A DNA stretch of 64,000 bases from Tubiluchus corallicola (taxonomy: Eukaryota; Animalia; Priapulida), in assembly GCA_030141605.1 (NCBI GenBank), contig JAQGDQ010000554.1, forward strand, positions 1 through 64,000. Reading direction: 5' to 3'. Below, in pieces: positions 1 to 13,900 of the stretch. A model generated the notes under the pieces. It had not been told where the DNA came from. It searched no databases and saw only the letters and a program-made list of their open reading frames with translations. Position numbers and translations under genes: made by a program. How positions within the stretch are numbered: the stretch's first letter is position 1; every line of letters starts with the position of its first letter.

Positions 1-855
1 TCATTTAACATCCCTATCTGAATGCATACCAAAACCTGCACAAAATATGTCGTTAATTATTCATGATGTTCTTCAACAATTTAAAAATTCACGAAAACTT
101 GGAAAATATTTTGAGATACTCTAGAGAAAGCTGCGATGATTTTGCGACTATTTTTCAATATTTTGGAAACATTTCTTTCAGCGAAAATTCTGTGAAATGG
201 TAGTGAAGTGATCACAATATAAGCCTACTCGTGCGAATGACGCGCAACATTCGTCTTGTCGCATGAGTGTCACAGAAATTTACACAAATATGTTGTCCAA
301 ATACTGTGTGACATTTTTGCAACTTTCACCTAAGAAAAAAGCTCAAAATTTGCAGAAAAGTGACGAAAATTGTACAAAATTATTTAGATGTCACAACCTG
401 GGCAACAAGACATAGTTGAATGAAATTTTTGACTGTTGCACAGAGAATTTTTAGGGGTTGCATCCCCATGTAACCTTCAAAGTCAAATTAAACCTTCACT
501 ATAATATAAGCTTTTACAACTTAAAATCCTACTCTCATTATGAATATTCAGTTTATTTTATTATAAACCTACTATAAAATTTGTTTCTATTGATTTTTTT
601 CACTTTATTGTTAACAGTATTAATTTGAAGAACAGCTATTTTTCATTGTGTGCGACGAACGATGTAATGAGTATAGTCTCAAGGTCACCAAAGATAGGTA
701 AACACTAAACAAACAACAGTAACCAGAGACGCTTTCTGTACTATGTATGTCATTCTCGTGTTAACAATAACTATGCATTCTTAGTGTAATCATAATAATG
801 TGTTAAAAATCTTCAATGTCTGTTGGGGTTATATAGGCCTTTAAGTATATTTTAC

Positions 856-3290
856 CTGGGTGGTAAACGGCTTGAAGTATGCATATATCCTGTTTTCCAC
901 AGCATCTTGTGCACTGCATGGTATTCATCCTTAATGTACGTATTAATGCTCTGTATCATATCCCAATACTGACGTTGATTACGAGACAGTTTAAAGTACG
1001 TGGGTTCCTCTTTGAGCGTGCCAAACTTGCTGGCACTTTGATGAGTCAGATCCAGAATGTCAGCTCCTATAACTACAAAAAACAATATGTCAGTAATTAA
1101 GTATAAGTAAGCAGCTGGAGAAATTAAGAGTGCACTCCTATAAGAACACGCATGCAACACTAAGTTAGAAAATCTAAAAAATTTTGTACTTCCACTAGAA
1201 TTCGAACCCAAGATCTTTAGCTTTCTGGGTAGCATTGCTAGGCATTACACCAGGAAGGCACTCGACTTTTCAGATTCGGAACATTACTGAGTATCTGACG
1301 CGGTATTCTGAAAGTGTCTAGCTGATTTGGCATGACTCAGACTCAGTCTTAGTTCTCAAACTTAAAAATTTATTTCAAAAAAACCTGTTAAATACTAAAA
1401 CCATGTCTCACTTCTTTTGTATTCACCATTGGAAACTTGTACCATCTTTAGTTTATGCATAATTATTCATTTGTTTTAGTTTTAGTAAAAACATGTACTT
1501 AACAGTATTACAGTTAATACATATATGGTAAGCACTTGGAAGTTTCAATAAGCACTGTGCCCAAAAACAAGCGAAATTTTGTAGGGCGATTAAAATTTGC
1601 CTTTCTTCAAGTCAATTGCCCATAACTTAATATATCAGAGCCCAAAAATCATTTGTTCTTCCGGCAAATTATCTTTCTCGCATTGTTGTTACATATTAAT
1701 GTTTTATAGTTATGATTTGAATCACTTTTGTAGAGAATGAATTGGGACAATGGGGTTGTAATGAAGCTAAATGTTCTGTAAAAAATTGTTCGCATTTTGC
1801 AGAAGCACTAACATGTTTGACAAATTAATAATCTGTGGTCTAAGCATATGCAAAAAAGGCCTAATAAATAATTTACTATCCTGGATAACAGCATTGAAGC
1901 CTGCATTCATTTGGATACAGTCATGTAGTAGTTACGAAAATATCAGTTATTAATGCAATTATTATTTTATTAATAAAAATTACTTGACACACACCTGCAC
2001 ATGGTGATGCCACTGTGATGTCTACATGAATTTCCAGCCTACTGGTGAAATCCTGGTCTACTTCGTATTCATAATGCATTTCAGTTTCAGTATAGTAACT
2101 AAACTCAGTAACAACCAATACGGCAATGATGATAAAACATAGAATAGTTACTGAAAAAAAAGCATATTCATTACTCACTTTTAGTCAGTCAGTTATAAAC
2201 CAAAGGCCTGATTAAAACCTTGAGAGGCCCTAAGCAATGAAAAGATTATGCTGCCCCATGTATGCGTAATTCAGAATAAAGACAATACTAAACCGTAAAA
2301 TGATATTCTATCTTTCAAAATGAAAAAAAGATTTATTTATAGTAAATGCTAATGCATCAGTTTGCACTTCATAAAAAAGTGATATTAGACTATTTTTATT
2401 TAGAAATGACTATATGCTCAGTAGCAAGAATCTCGACACTCATCCCTACTGTCATACTGTAAACAAACACAGAAACTGCCACACATATTCCATTATATTT
2501 TACTTTTGAGAAATTATTCGATTTAAAAAACTGTGTGGGTCCTTCTTCCCCGAAAGCATTAAGCACATGCTTACTTTAATTTTATTGGTTAATTCTGGGA
2601 TGTATAAATACTAGGTACTGAAGTACTGCAAGGTTTAAAAATTGCATTATATATTTAAAAAATAACACCTTGAAGCACCAACAAAAGAAATAAGACAAAA
2701 GACAGACAAAAAGACAAAGGCAACATTTATTTACCATCCATCATTTTAACAGACAACATTAGCACTAAAGGCTGTTTAGTGACTGACACTATTTGTCAAC
2801 ACTATAGGTAAGGATGCAATAGACAAATAATGAATGTCCAAACTCAAGACTGCATAGCTGCAGTCTAAAACCTAGACCACTTGGCCATTCAACCCAGGAC
2901 AGAGACTGAAACTGGGTATATTGAATCTAAAATTGAAGCCCTGGTCAATACAAGCTTGTTGACAATATTGTTTATCAAGAGAATTGCGCATTAGTTGACC
3001 ATCGCATACAAATATTATTCTAAGCAAGTAATAAACAGTATTTTGATTTGCTAAATTCGTTCATAGAACCACAACAAAGCTTATATTTGTTACTTCAGTG
3101 TGGTAATGGAATGAAGTAGTGTATATAGCTGTGTAATTGTTTCATTTACAAAGAAATCAATTAAATAACATGAGTGGTACTCACAGCCTCCCCCTGCAGG
3201 AGTAGTCTCTTGGTAACTATCTGGTACTTTAGGGAAGGCATCTAACTCTTTCACAGCTTTCAAAGTGGATTTCTTGTTTAATCTTCTCAT
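856..3290 (-). CDS. ERGIC2: ER-Golgi intermediate compartment protein 2 (Erv41 family), first three coding exons; gene continues beyond the left edge
   Basis: Coding exons 3290-3185 (MRRLNKKSTLKAVKELDAFPKVPDSY), 2150-1995 (TM helix, YEYEVD, IHVDITVASPC) and 1072-856 (IGADILDL...LPPR). All have AG/GT boundaries and compatible phases (1,1,2). A splice acceptor lies just upstream of the ATG. Confidence 0.92.
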
Positions 3291-3409
3291 TGCAACTGTA
3301 CTAAGTCCTACACATATACATAAAATACCAACACAAGTTAACATGTATTATGATTATGATTGTCATAAAGTTCACAAACGTTTATTATGAATGTACATGC
3401 CATTTCTCA

Positions 3410-3803
3410 CTTATCATATGTTGCAAGACTTAGGATTCTGGGCTTTACAACTCTGAAGTACAGGCGCAAAAGACAAGATTTAATCCAAACATTTCGTATT
3501 CTTAAAGGTATAGAAACCATCAACAGTGAAATATTTTTCCATCGACAGACATATCATGGTACCAGAGGTCACTCCTACAAAATCAAGAAGAGAACAATTC
3601 CCCAAAAGTGGAGTAGAAGAAGATTCACATTCGCAAGGCGAGTAATTAATGAGTGGAACACGCTGCCTGACCATGTAGTTCAAGCCTCCAATCCTGCCCA
3701 GTTTAAGTCTCGTCTAGATAGATATTGGAAAAACAATGCTGAAAAATATATAGACCCCAGGTTGCCACAATGGCAACAAGAAACCCTGTGTTACACTTCA
3801 TGA
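3410..3803 (+). mobile_element. 3'-end fragment of a CR1/L2-clade LINE (ORF2 C-terminus)
   Basis: ORF 3387-3803 has TLKYRR..DLIQTFRILKG, TRGH.YK and FARRVINEWNTLP..VV...FKSRLD, the typical C-terminal signature of CR1-group ORF2. Confidence 0.8.
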
Positions 3804-4479
3804 GCGCACTGTGGCCACCTATTATGTTCATTTTTTTATATTGATAAAGTAAACAAGGAAGAGTGGAGAGGTCCAAAAGCTATTTCCTCTTAACCTCTAT
3901 CCTTCGACAGTGACGGTAATGATTATGCTTTGCTTATGTACAGCAAACAAATTTACCATAAAATGGGTAAATATCAAACATGTAATTAGTCATTTAAAAA
4001 CCATTATTTGGTACATGCACATTAATTAATTAATTATATTATTATAATATTAGTAACAATTCTGAGAATGTAGCTGACCATGATAACTCATACTCATACT
4101 CATAGTCTTTTGCCACTCTAACCAATAATCACTTAACATTTTCCGCATACCGAACTATTCTAAAAATAATTCATATTATTGAATGTTGTACAGAATTATA
4201 AATCACGTATTTACTTACTTAGTTATGTATTTTGCTATTAAGTATTATTATAAACCGTGGCTTTGCACTCAGCGAATATGGGATAGCTTTAGAATCGTTG
4301 TTTCGTTTAACTGATTCCTTGGTGTACGCGACATCGGGCACTACTTGAAGAAGCAGTCTCTTTAGTTTCCTATGCGATAGATAACTCACTTTGATATTAT
4401 CAAATCGTGTATTTATGGAGGAAAATAAATTACTATTACTATATTATTACTATTATTATTGGGAATAGAGTTGCTGCTG

Positions 4480-4830
4480 CGCGGTAAAAATTGCACAGGA
4501 AAAAATGGCACAAATGGAAAATAGGTAAAAATTGTACACAAATTGCTTTGATACAGATAATTTCAATAATAACAAATTAACAGAAATAATTATGGTGCAA
4601 CATGTATCATAATTTATGTAGAAGCTACTTAATAATTATTAAGCTACCTTCGGATGAAGTGTTTTCATGATTGTAGACAAAAATGACACAAGTAAAAATG
4701 TCACACGAAAAATGGCACAGGAAAAAATGGTACGTGAAAAAATGGCACAAATGGAAAAGTAGGTAAAAATGGCTAAAATGGCACAGGAAAAGTTACAGGC
4801 TTAGTAAAATATGAGTTTAGGGTTAGGATG
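4480..4830. repeat. Cluster of short AAAAATGGCACA-like repeats followed by GGGTTAGG, probably the end of a non-autonomous element
   Basis: The motif aaaaatggcaca/aaaaattgcaca occurs about 8 times. An inverted copy (ctgtgccatttt) lies near 5616. Confidence 0.45.
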
Positions 4831-6499
4831 ATTGTAATGGATAATTATTTTAGTTATGCCATTAGTTTACCTTTGCCAAGGAAGTCCTGCTTCAATACTG
4901 TTTGTTTCGTTGTTTTTATCTGTTAGAGCAGTAAACCTATTATGCAAAAATACCTAACTGCAATCAGATGTCCACGAAACTTTGTGGAGATGGCATAGAG
5001 TGCCAAAATGGAAATTTTTTGCCTGTTCTTTTATTCCAAATTTTTTCCCCCAAACACCGTGTACTAAAAACGTTTCCATAGATTACCACAGATCGACAGG
5101 ATGAAGTTTATAAGTAGGCTTTTTGCCCATAGTTGTCTCTCTTGATAAACCTCTGTTAATTGTTTTATCACAAGTTTTCTCTCTCGCATTGTATATGTGT
5201 GTTGCCTCTCTAAATGTATCTCTCAAGTAGAAGTGCCGCCTAGCGGCTGTTGTCATGGTATGGTGAGGAAGCAATGTCAGTGGTCAGATGTGCTGATTTA
5301 TAGTAAACAGGAATGGTGTTGCAGAGGCATTTCTCGAAGCTTTTCGCGGATGTGCTTAATATCCGTCTATTCTTTATTATCTCTGCCAGGACAAACAACT
5401 AGGAGTCTAAGAGTTAGTTTTAGGATTTATTTACGGAAATTCTGGTTTGCAGAACTGCGTAACGCTATCTATATAACTCTTGGTTATTAATGTGCATAGC
5501 TTTATAAGTTGACTTAGTATGTTGTAAGTGCATTAATTTTGTCAGTCTATTACTGTGGCCAAATGGTTAAAGGAATGCAGACAAACACCATGTGGAATGT
5601 TCGTGCTATTCTTACCTGTGCCATTTTAACCTTCATTACGGAGTTGCTACATAACATTTTTTCATTTTTCTTTTATTCTTCTTTACGTAGCTTTATTTCT
5701 AGTACTGTTATCGTTTATCTATGCACCGGCGTTTTCTTCGAATGTTGCTGTCAAAGAGTTTTCATATTGCTCCAAGTATTTTATATACAAAATAGAAAAA
5801 TGTTTTTGTCTTGAAAAATTTTGTAAGTATTTGTTATTATTTTGTTGTTTCGCGATTCGTTTTAGTTGCTGCAAAACGCACAAAATACGTATTATATAAT
5901 ATATTTTATACACGAATATAACATACCCTGTAAGATATAATTATTAATTTCATTCAATAGAATTACATGGCAAACACTACATAGTACATAAATATGCTTA
6001 TTATATCAACATCAGGTTTAACAATAGAAATGCTAAGCTTTGGTAATACTTTGCTAAGTATTGATGCAAAAAATGTAAGCGATCATAATTCAGAGTTTTT
6101 CAAGTTAGCTTGATAGTACCTTGACAGAGTACAATACTTCCTGATTATATACACCCATTATTATGACATAATATAAAAATTGATTAATGGTAGTTAATAA
6201 ATTCAGAACTGCTGAATCATATTGCAGTTGGAAGAAAGTGTTGCATAAGTGATGTATATGTTGTGGAGACGTTTATGTGAGGAAAATATTGAAACAGTTA
6301 ATGGGTTGGGTAGCCAGAGTCATCAGTAATATTTTAAATTCTGATATTCAAATAGGTAGTGGGCTGGGTAGCTAGAGTTATTAACAATATTTAAAATTCT
6401 GATGTGTGATGTCAGGCAAGCATGGAATAGCTCTTTTAGCAAGGCCTCTTGAGTTTGTACAGTGAAATTCCAGAATTAATTTCTGCGAATGACCTCATT

Positions 6500-7330
6500 T
6501 TTGACAATTGGTATGAAAAAATCGTCTTGATCAAATATAGATAAACTATTTGAAATCTTATAACAGTGAAGAAGATTATCCTTTCTCACATCTCAAGTGT
6601 AAAGCCGTAATAACCTCCCTTTGGCCGTGAGTTATGATGTGAACAGTACGAAAGACACCTCCTTCTGCACCTGTTGTAAGAGTGATGTAACTGCAGTGAC
6701 CAACTAGCTGCTGCATATTTAAGTTTGTGTCATGCTAGAGCATAATAACTTAATGTGATCTCGAAGCAACAGCTCGTTTACTTAAGCCAGTGACATATTT
6801 GCTGAGTTTTCTACTTTAGTTATGTGTTTATTCCATTTTAACTCATTGGAGACCGAAACACTTAGATCCTTCACATCTGTTGGCTGCTGAATTTCTGAAC
6901 TGCACAGTTCATACTTGAGTTCTTGCTTTGGTCTTAAGCGAAGAACTGAAAACTTGGCCGGTTTAGGAGCTAATGTGTATGTAGCACACCACTGTTCCAC
7001 AGTGTGGAAGTCCAAAACATACTCAATATACTTGTGTATATATTTACTTGCACATTTTAATTTCATCAGTATATAGTGTTGAAATCGCATTTAGACATCA
7101 TAGAAGATCACTGGTGTAGTTTAAAAAAATATAGTTCCTTAAGGAATTCCACTAACCATGCATCTAGCTAAATAGCTAAATGGGTTTCCAGTAATGATAG
7201 CTCTCTGGAAATGATAAAAAAGAAAGTTCTTAAATTTATAGTTTAATAACTTTCCACTGATACCAGTAAACTCCAGCTTAAGCTTCATTGTGTTGGATGG
7301 AACTGAATCAAAATTAACAAATACATGTGC
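6500..7330 (-). mobile_element. Degraded LINE reverse-transcriptase fragment
   Basis: Minus-strand remnants in correct RT order, broken by stops and frameshifts: FDSVP (~7290-7310), VSGIP*G (SGVPQG motif, ~7140-7160) and VKDLSV..NELKWNKHI...AN (ORF 6782-7090). Confidence 0.7.
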
Positions 7331-7986
7331 AGAATTGTCAATATATCAATATGAACATTGGGATAATCGTATGCCTTTATCCAGTCATTGTAGCTATAGT
7401 CCTCCCAGGCAGTGACTTACGTTGATTAGTGCAAATGCGATTCTTGTCGATTAGAAAGGGGTGCACACACTGGAGATTAGATCGTCGACTATTTTTACCA
7501 TGACCAACATATATAATATTTGTCTCAAATCACTGACATTCTTTATCAAAGCTGAAATTGAGAAAAAACTCCTCAGTTTTGGTGACTTAAATTCACGATT
7601 GGCTCTGCGGGAGAAAAGGAGTTTCAAAGTAAGTCATTGTCTGAATATGCAGCAATTGAAATGAAACCATTTGTTGTTTTGGTTGCTCAAGAATGAAGAA
7701 ACTAAGAGAAAATCGTGTTCTTGGGTACTCGCGATTTTGTAACAAAATCGGCAAATACTCATAGGTGAATATCATCAAATGTTAACTTAATTTTGCAGAA
7801 GTGAACGGGGACAAAGAGAAAGTACAACATGACTGATTGACAGCCCAAACTGCCCAAGCATGTGTGTGATGCATATAAGAACATTGATACTGTTTGCTTT
7901 TAAAACCTTAATTGAACTTTGCTATTTTTGTTATTCATTATTCAAATTTTTGTTTTGCAGCATGTAGGTTTAAGATTGGACTCAGG

Positions 7987-10900
7987 ATGGACCTGACGTC
8001 AAGTAATAAAGAAAATGAAGAGGAAAACCCTCTTCAAACTCCTGATTCGAATGTGGAGTCTGTAACTGATCCTCCTGTGAGTTTATAGTGTTGTCTTGCA
8101 GAGAAATGTGTTAAGTGCTCCTGATATGTGTACTCGTAATAAAAAATTGATAATAAAATTTATTAGAGACATAGATTTGCAGTTAACTACATTTTAGATT
8201 AACAAGGCGTATTGTATTATGAAGACTTATCAAAACCTTCTGCTTTTTTGTTTGTGCTGTTGTTGTGTTTAGTTTTCTCAAGTTTAGTTGTTGTGTTTCA
8301 GGTGAGATTTAGAACGCCACCTTTGCGAACTTCCTCTCCGAGAACAAATAAAGTCCTGTCTGCAGGTGACTATGAAGCTGAAAAAATTGAGAAACAGCTG
8401 CAACGACAATCTGCAGCCGAACCGAAAGCTTTTGTGTCGTATCATGATGTGGTTGATGAGCTTGCTGCAAAGCTGGGTGTGGCAAAATCACCTCGAAGGG
8501 CTCTGATGAGCCAAAGCACAGACGAAGATGAGGAGGGTGAAGAATTAGGGAAGCCTGTACCATCTCCTATTACGTGCGCGAAAGCTACTGACGATAACTT
8601 GCATGCAAAACCAGGCGTGGAAACACTAGTCCAAAAACAAGGCATGCCTATCCATGGAACCATTCCTCTAATTGAGGACATGGAAAGTGGGCGAAAGAGT
8701 TTTGGTGAAGTCATCGATATTCCCTTGTCTCCTGAGGAGGATACCCTGCCGTCTCACGAAGAACCTGTTTTGCCCGATGCTGTTGATGTCATAGATGCGC
8801 AAGAATTCACTAAACTTCGAGAACCAGAAAATGTTAGTGAATCGTCCTACTACATGAAGAAAACTTTTCAGTATTATTTTCAGCACCCGTGGTTTCGATT
8901 GTTAGTCGCATATCTTGTTATATTTCTTAATTTTCTCATCTTTGCTGAAGATCCAGTGTCGCATAGTTATAGGGAGTGTGCTATACCAGTCGTTGGGCAT
9001 GGCTTTTCCTTTCTTTTTATGCAATATCCACCGAATGCGTGGTCCTGCTTGAAGGTATGATATCTTGGCTGAACGTAAAGGAATGGACACACCATTTATC
9101 ATGTTGGGTTCATTTTACTGCTATCATTTAAAGTTAGAAAGATATAACGAAGAAATCTGCAAGAAACTGTCTGTAAAGCATAAAGCTAATATGTACTACC
9201 GTTGTAAAGAAATTGTAAAGTGTGGTGGTAGTCACCATTCACTTGAAAATTATGACATAACTGTTGGACTTATTGACTTTTCTTAAGCGCATCGTGGCTT
9301 TCCGTAAGCATACTCTGCTTAAACTAATTCAAACTTCTGCAGCTTACTTTTATCTTTAGGCAAAAATATCACAAAATTAGTTATCTGATTTTTTGTGTAA
9401 GATTATTGTACTTTTGATGAAAATTGACAGTGCACTGCTTCCCTTTAGTTGAAGAATGACATCATTGACAGAAAAATGGGCGTTTAAAATGGGAGCTCCC
9501 AAGTGCGAAATGATCGCAACTTTAAAAAATTGTTTTACCAATTATGCGAGGCATTTATAACACTTTCATTACTAAATCCCTCTAACATTTTTTGCGAATG
9601 TTGAAATAAGCGTAACTAGCTAGAAGGCTTGACCTTTCCTTTAATAAGAATGATTTAAGTCATTGAGCTGTCTTATCAAGTATTTGACTTTAAGATTCTT
9701 TATGTGTGTCATCTGCAGGGCCGCAGCAACTGAGACGGATGTAAATAATTAATATAAATCGCTGTACCTTTTACAACTAACTAATGTACACCCAAACTGG
9801 CTTTCAAACATTGTTGGTTGTATCATTATTTGACTTAGGTTTCAAGTTTGCATCAGGATACTTAATGTTCATGCACTAAACCTGTAATTGAAGATGTTAG
9901 GGTTAAATTTTTTGTTAATTTACAAGGAGATATTGGTGCTGCCTCCAAAAATGCAAATATGAAGTTGTGTCAACGCAGAAAGTTCATTGCGCTAAATGCA
10001 AACTTATACACTGCCCTATATTTTTATGTAATTTTAATACATAAGCAGTTGAAGCTAAATTGTTGCAAATATGGACTGTTAAAATAGTATGCAAATTTAA
10101 TTAGACTATGACCTAAAGATTTTTTGTTATTTTTCACAGGTTGTACTTTGGCTTTCTGGTATTATCTGTGGCATGGTAGTTGGGAAGCTAGTTATTCACA
10201 AACAGGTGCTAAGTAAGTTTTTTATTTGTTTACACTTTATTTTCTAAAAATCTTTGTATTTCATCTAAGGAACCATTACACAAAAAATAAATAAATATTA
10301 TTAATGTAATGAAAGGTTATTATAAAATATTTTATCAAATGAATTTTGTTTATTGATGGTTCTTGACTTTGTTTGGAAAATTTTGTGTTGGATTCAAGAG
10401 CTATTTGGTTACAAATTATTTATTTAGAGTTTTTGTCAACTGCGTGAATTCGCTCACAGAAATGTTTATTTAACGCCTTGCAAGTTTTCACCTATTTTTA
10501 GTTGCCAATCTGCAACCTTTTAAGCATTATTAGCGTTTTACATCTAAAATTAAAACATTTTGAATTTTGCATATAGATCGGTTGCTGCGACTCAGCATGT
10601 TTCAAGGCGACAACGGATCATGGATGATAATGTTTTTGTTCACTGTTATCAGCATATTTGTTTTCACGCATGTTTACAACGCTTTTCTTCTTGCTGGTGC
10701 ACCAGACACCGATTCGTATCGCATCACGAGTGCCATGGGCATACCGTACGAGTACTTCATGAAAATGGCAGCTTGCGGTACGTGGTTAGGCGATTTTGTG
10801 ACGGCTTGGATGGTATGTATGAGCACATTGTGGTGATTGTATCACTACTCTTTACAAATGTTTATTAGTTACTTGGTGCTGGCCTCAAAAGTTCAAATAA

Positions 10901-13900
10901 TTATTTAACGTAACTCAAAAAGTCTTCTCGCGGTATTTTGCTGCATAACCTTTCGCTCGATTGCCTAGAATTTTGGTGTAAGCCGGGGGTGTGCAAATTA
11001 TCTGACTAGCCGGGCCACATTAAACTTTCCCGCAATTCCTGCGGGCCACGAGCAGTTTGATCAAGGAGCCAGGTACAGTAGGATCTAATAACGATTTTTT
11101 GCATGCGATCTGCGCACATCATTACTACTGCACTACTACACTCAAAAACTATTTTAGAAGTTATTAAATTTTATATTAAAAACCATATATTTCTACTTTC
11201 ACGACAGATAGTGGTAATTTCATTACAATGCATATTAGTAATGTGTATCACACAGTCTGTGTAGTACAGTGCATATTAATCTGTTTTGACTCGATGTTCT
11301 TCTTCAATCTTCCTCTTTTTTCTTATCCATGTTTCTGATCTATAAGAACACTACCCCTGGTGAAACGATGAAACAACCACTAGTGAAGCGTGTACCACTG
11401 AGCCTAAGCTGAAACTAAAATCTGGGAATCCCCCCTAAATTAGCGGTGACCACACTTTTTCAGCTTGCTGGCTACTTACAAATTGATCTGCCCAGTCATC
11501 TTCTTGGTCATAGTAGGTAGATCATTTTTACTTGTTTATTTTATATTTTTTATAATTTATTTTGCAAAAAAATAACCAAGTCAAAATGATCTACCTGTTG
11601 TGACCAAAAAGACAACCGGGCAGATCAACAGCCTCGATAATAAAAGCCTAGAGATTGGCTGGTTGGTCTTCCTGCCAGCCAATCAGATTGCTTTTCGCAT
11701 TTCTTGCACGTTCGAGTGTTTCAATGGCGGCTTCCATGATAGTGTGCTGTGTTCTATGATTACATCGCTTTTTTGTGTTCTAAGTGAGCAACGTGTAATT
11801 TCGTCATGTCCGACAGTGACATTAAGTGACAACCGTCTTGTAAGGGTTAATGCCATCCGTTCTAGTGGAAAAAACTACCCGCACTATCTTTCCAATCGTG
11901 GCGCGGACTTCAGCTGGATACACTCAATTCATCGCCCGGGCCGCACTTTCATTAGGTTGACAAATCTCTTCGCGGGCCGCACAAAATCTCTCGGCGGGCC
12001 GCACTTTGCACGCCCCTGGTGTAAGCCATTAAAGAAAAGTAAATAGCAAAAGTATAAAAGTAATATTTTCAAATTATAGAAACTGATTGGTGATGGGAAA
12101 ACTCATTCTTAAAATGAAAAGAATATCCAGCACCCACTCAAGCAAAGATATGGCTTTTATTCAGACACAAACATCTGCAATGTTTCGCCCAGGCATGGTC
12201 GTGTTCACACAACAACTTACCGAAATAAAAATACAGTGTATATTCCGAGATTATTAAGAGGCATTATTTAGAGAATGAATTGTGTTTGAGTAACATAAGT
12301 TCATTTTTTCTGTCATTTGGTTTTGTATCATACGATCTGTAAGTTTACAATTTAATACTTGTTTGCTTCCCCCAATGTTGACTTTTGTAATTTTATACAC
12401 CGTGTTTTTATTTAAGCGGATTGTTGCTTGGTCGAAACGTCGAGATGTTTGTGTCTAAATAAAAGCCATGGCTTTGCTAAAGCGGGTCCTGGTTGTTATT
12501 TTCATTTTAAGAATTTATTTTCCCCAGTCAGTTTCTCATATAATATTTTGTCTGAATATTATAATCATCGAGTTTGCTTGTAATTACAAAAATAAATTCT
12601 ATAACAGATTTGAGTTAAACAAACAGAAGTCCGTTGTGTTAAATTTTAATTTCTTCCATAAACCAGGTAGGACTTAATAAGTATTTGGTGGTTTTGCGTA
12701 AAATTTTGATGCCTGCTAATGTCGCTTCTGATAAGGTACAATTGCAAATTAATGGTAGTCTAAAGAAAGGCAGTGACGGCAATCAATGTATTTTGTTTAT
12801 TTTTTTATTGATTTTTTACTATAGTCAACATAATGTAATATAAATCTGATTTGAAAAAACATGCATTTGCTTTGAAATATTTTTAAGCATTGCTGTTGCT
12901 AGGTAACCGATTTGATGCTACAAGACAGACTGTATCCCCATTGGGCAATAGCTGTAAGAGCATTCTGGAAACGAGGACGGAATAGAATTGTCATCTTCTG
13001 GACCGTAAGTTTTTAGTTTACTTTTTTCGTATGTTCGATTTTGAGAACAGTATGGCGGACTGTTGAAAACATCTTGGAAATATTGTTGGTTGAGTTAAGT
13101 GTTTTCCTTTTAGGTGTGGACGCTCATGACAGCTGCTGTGTTACTAGTCATTATCCCAAACTGGATCAGCTGGGACTCTATGAATCGCGGACTTTTGCCT
13201 ACCAGTGAACTTAGCCGTGCTTTCCTTGCATCATTTATTCTAGTCTTGGATCTTCTCATTCTGATGCAGGTAACGAAATAACCCTGTTCTTAGTGGTCAC
13301 TTAGTAGTTGCATTATTTAACTTTGGTCGTAGAGCATACTGTGTGACAAATCAGCTATTTATCGCTCAGTAATGTAATAATAGCACAGCAAAAATTGTAA
13401 ATGTATACGCTTCAAAATCAACTTTTCATTCAACTCTGCATTAAAGGTTTTGCAAGATAATCTGCCTTATCTCTTACAGATGGCCTACTATTTGTCAAAC
13501 GATAATAAATGCTTCCATTTTTATTAATACATTATTTTTGTCATGTATTTTTTACTTTCTTTTGTTAGTTGTTCTTGCTTATATTTTTTAGGATTGGGAT
13601 TTTCCACACTTTGAGTCAATTAACCTTGACATTAAGCTTCCTGGCTTAAATGTGACAAGTATAGAGTTCAAAATACCTGCAATTTTGCGCAAGAAGTTTT
13701 GGATTGTTCACGTGTCTGGTATGTACTTCTATTTTCTAGTAATGGTGGGCACTTAGCGATTCGATTTTGAATGGAATTTGATTTGGTAATTTTGAACCAA
13801 ATTGAATTTTAGATTTTTGAATTCGAACCAAATTCGGACAAAAACCATACTTTAATAATGTATTATATATTTTGATATAAAAATGTAATTGTCTAATATT

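Noticed and set aside
9079-9640. Possible Kolobok-like MITE (AGG...CCT|TTAA)
   Set aside because: Only 9 of 12 terminal bases match and the left TTAA is imperfect; too weak to list as a feature.
11600-12046. 148-aa ORF inside the hAT-like element
   Set aside because: No transposase or other recognisable motif, and it runs through the TIR; probably a chance ORF.
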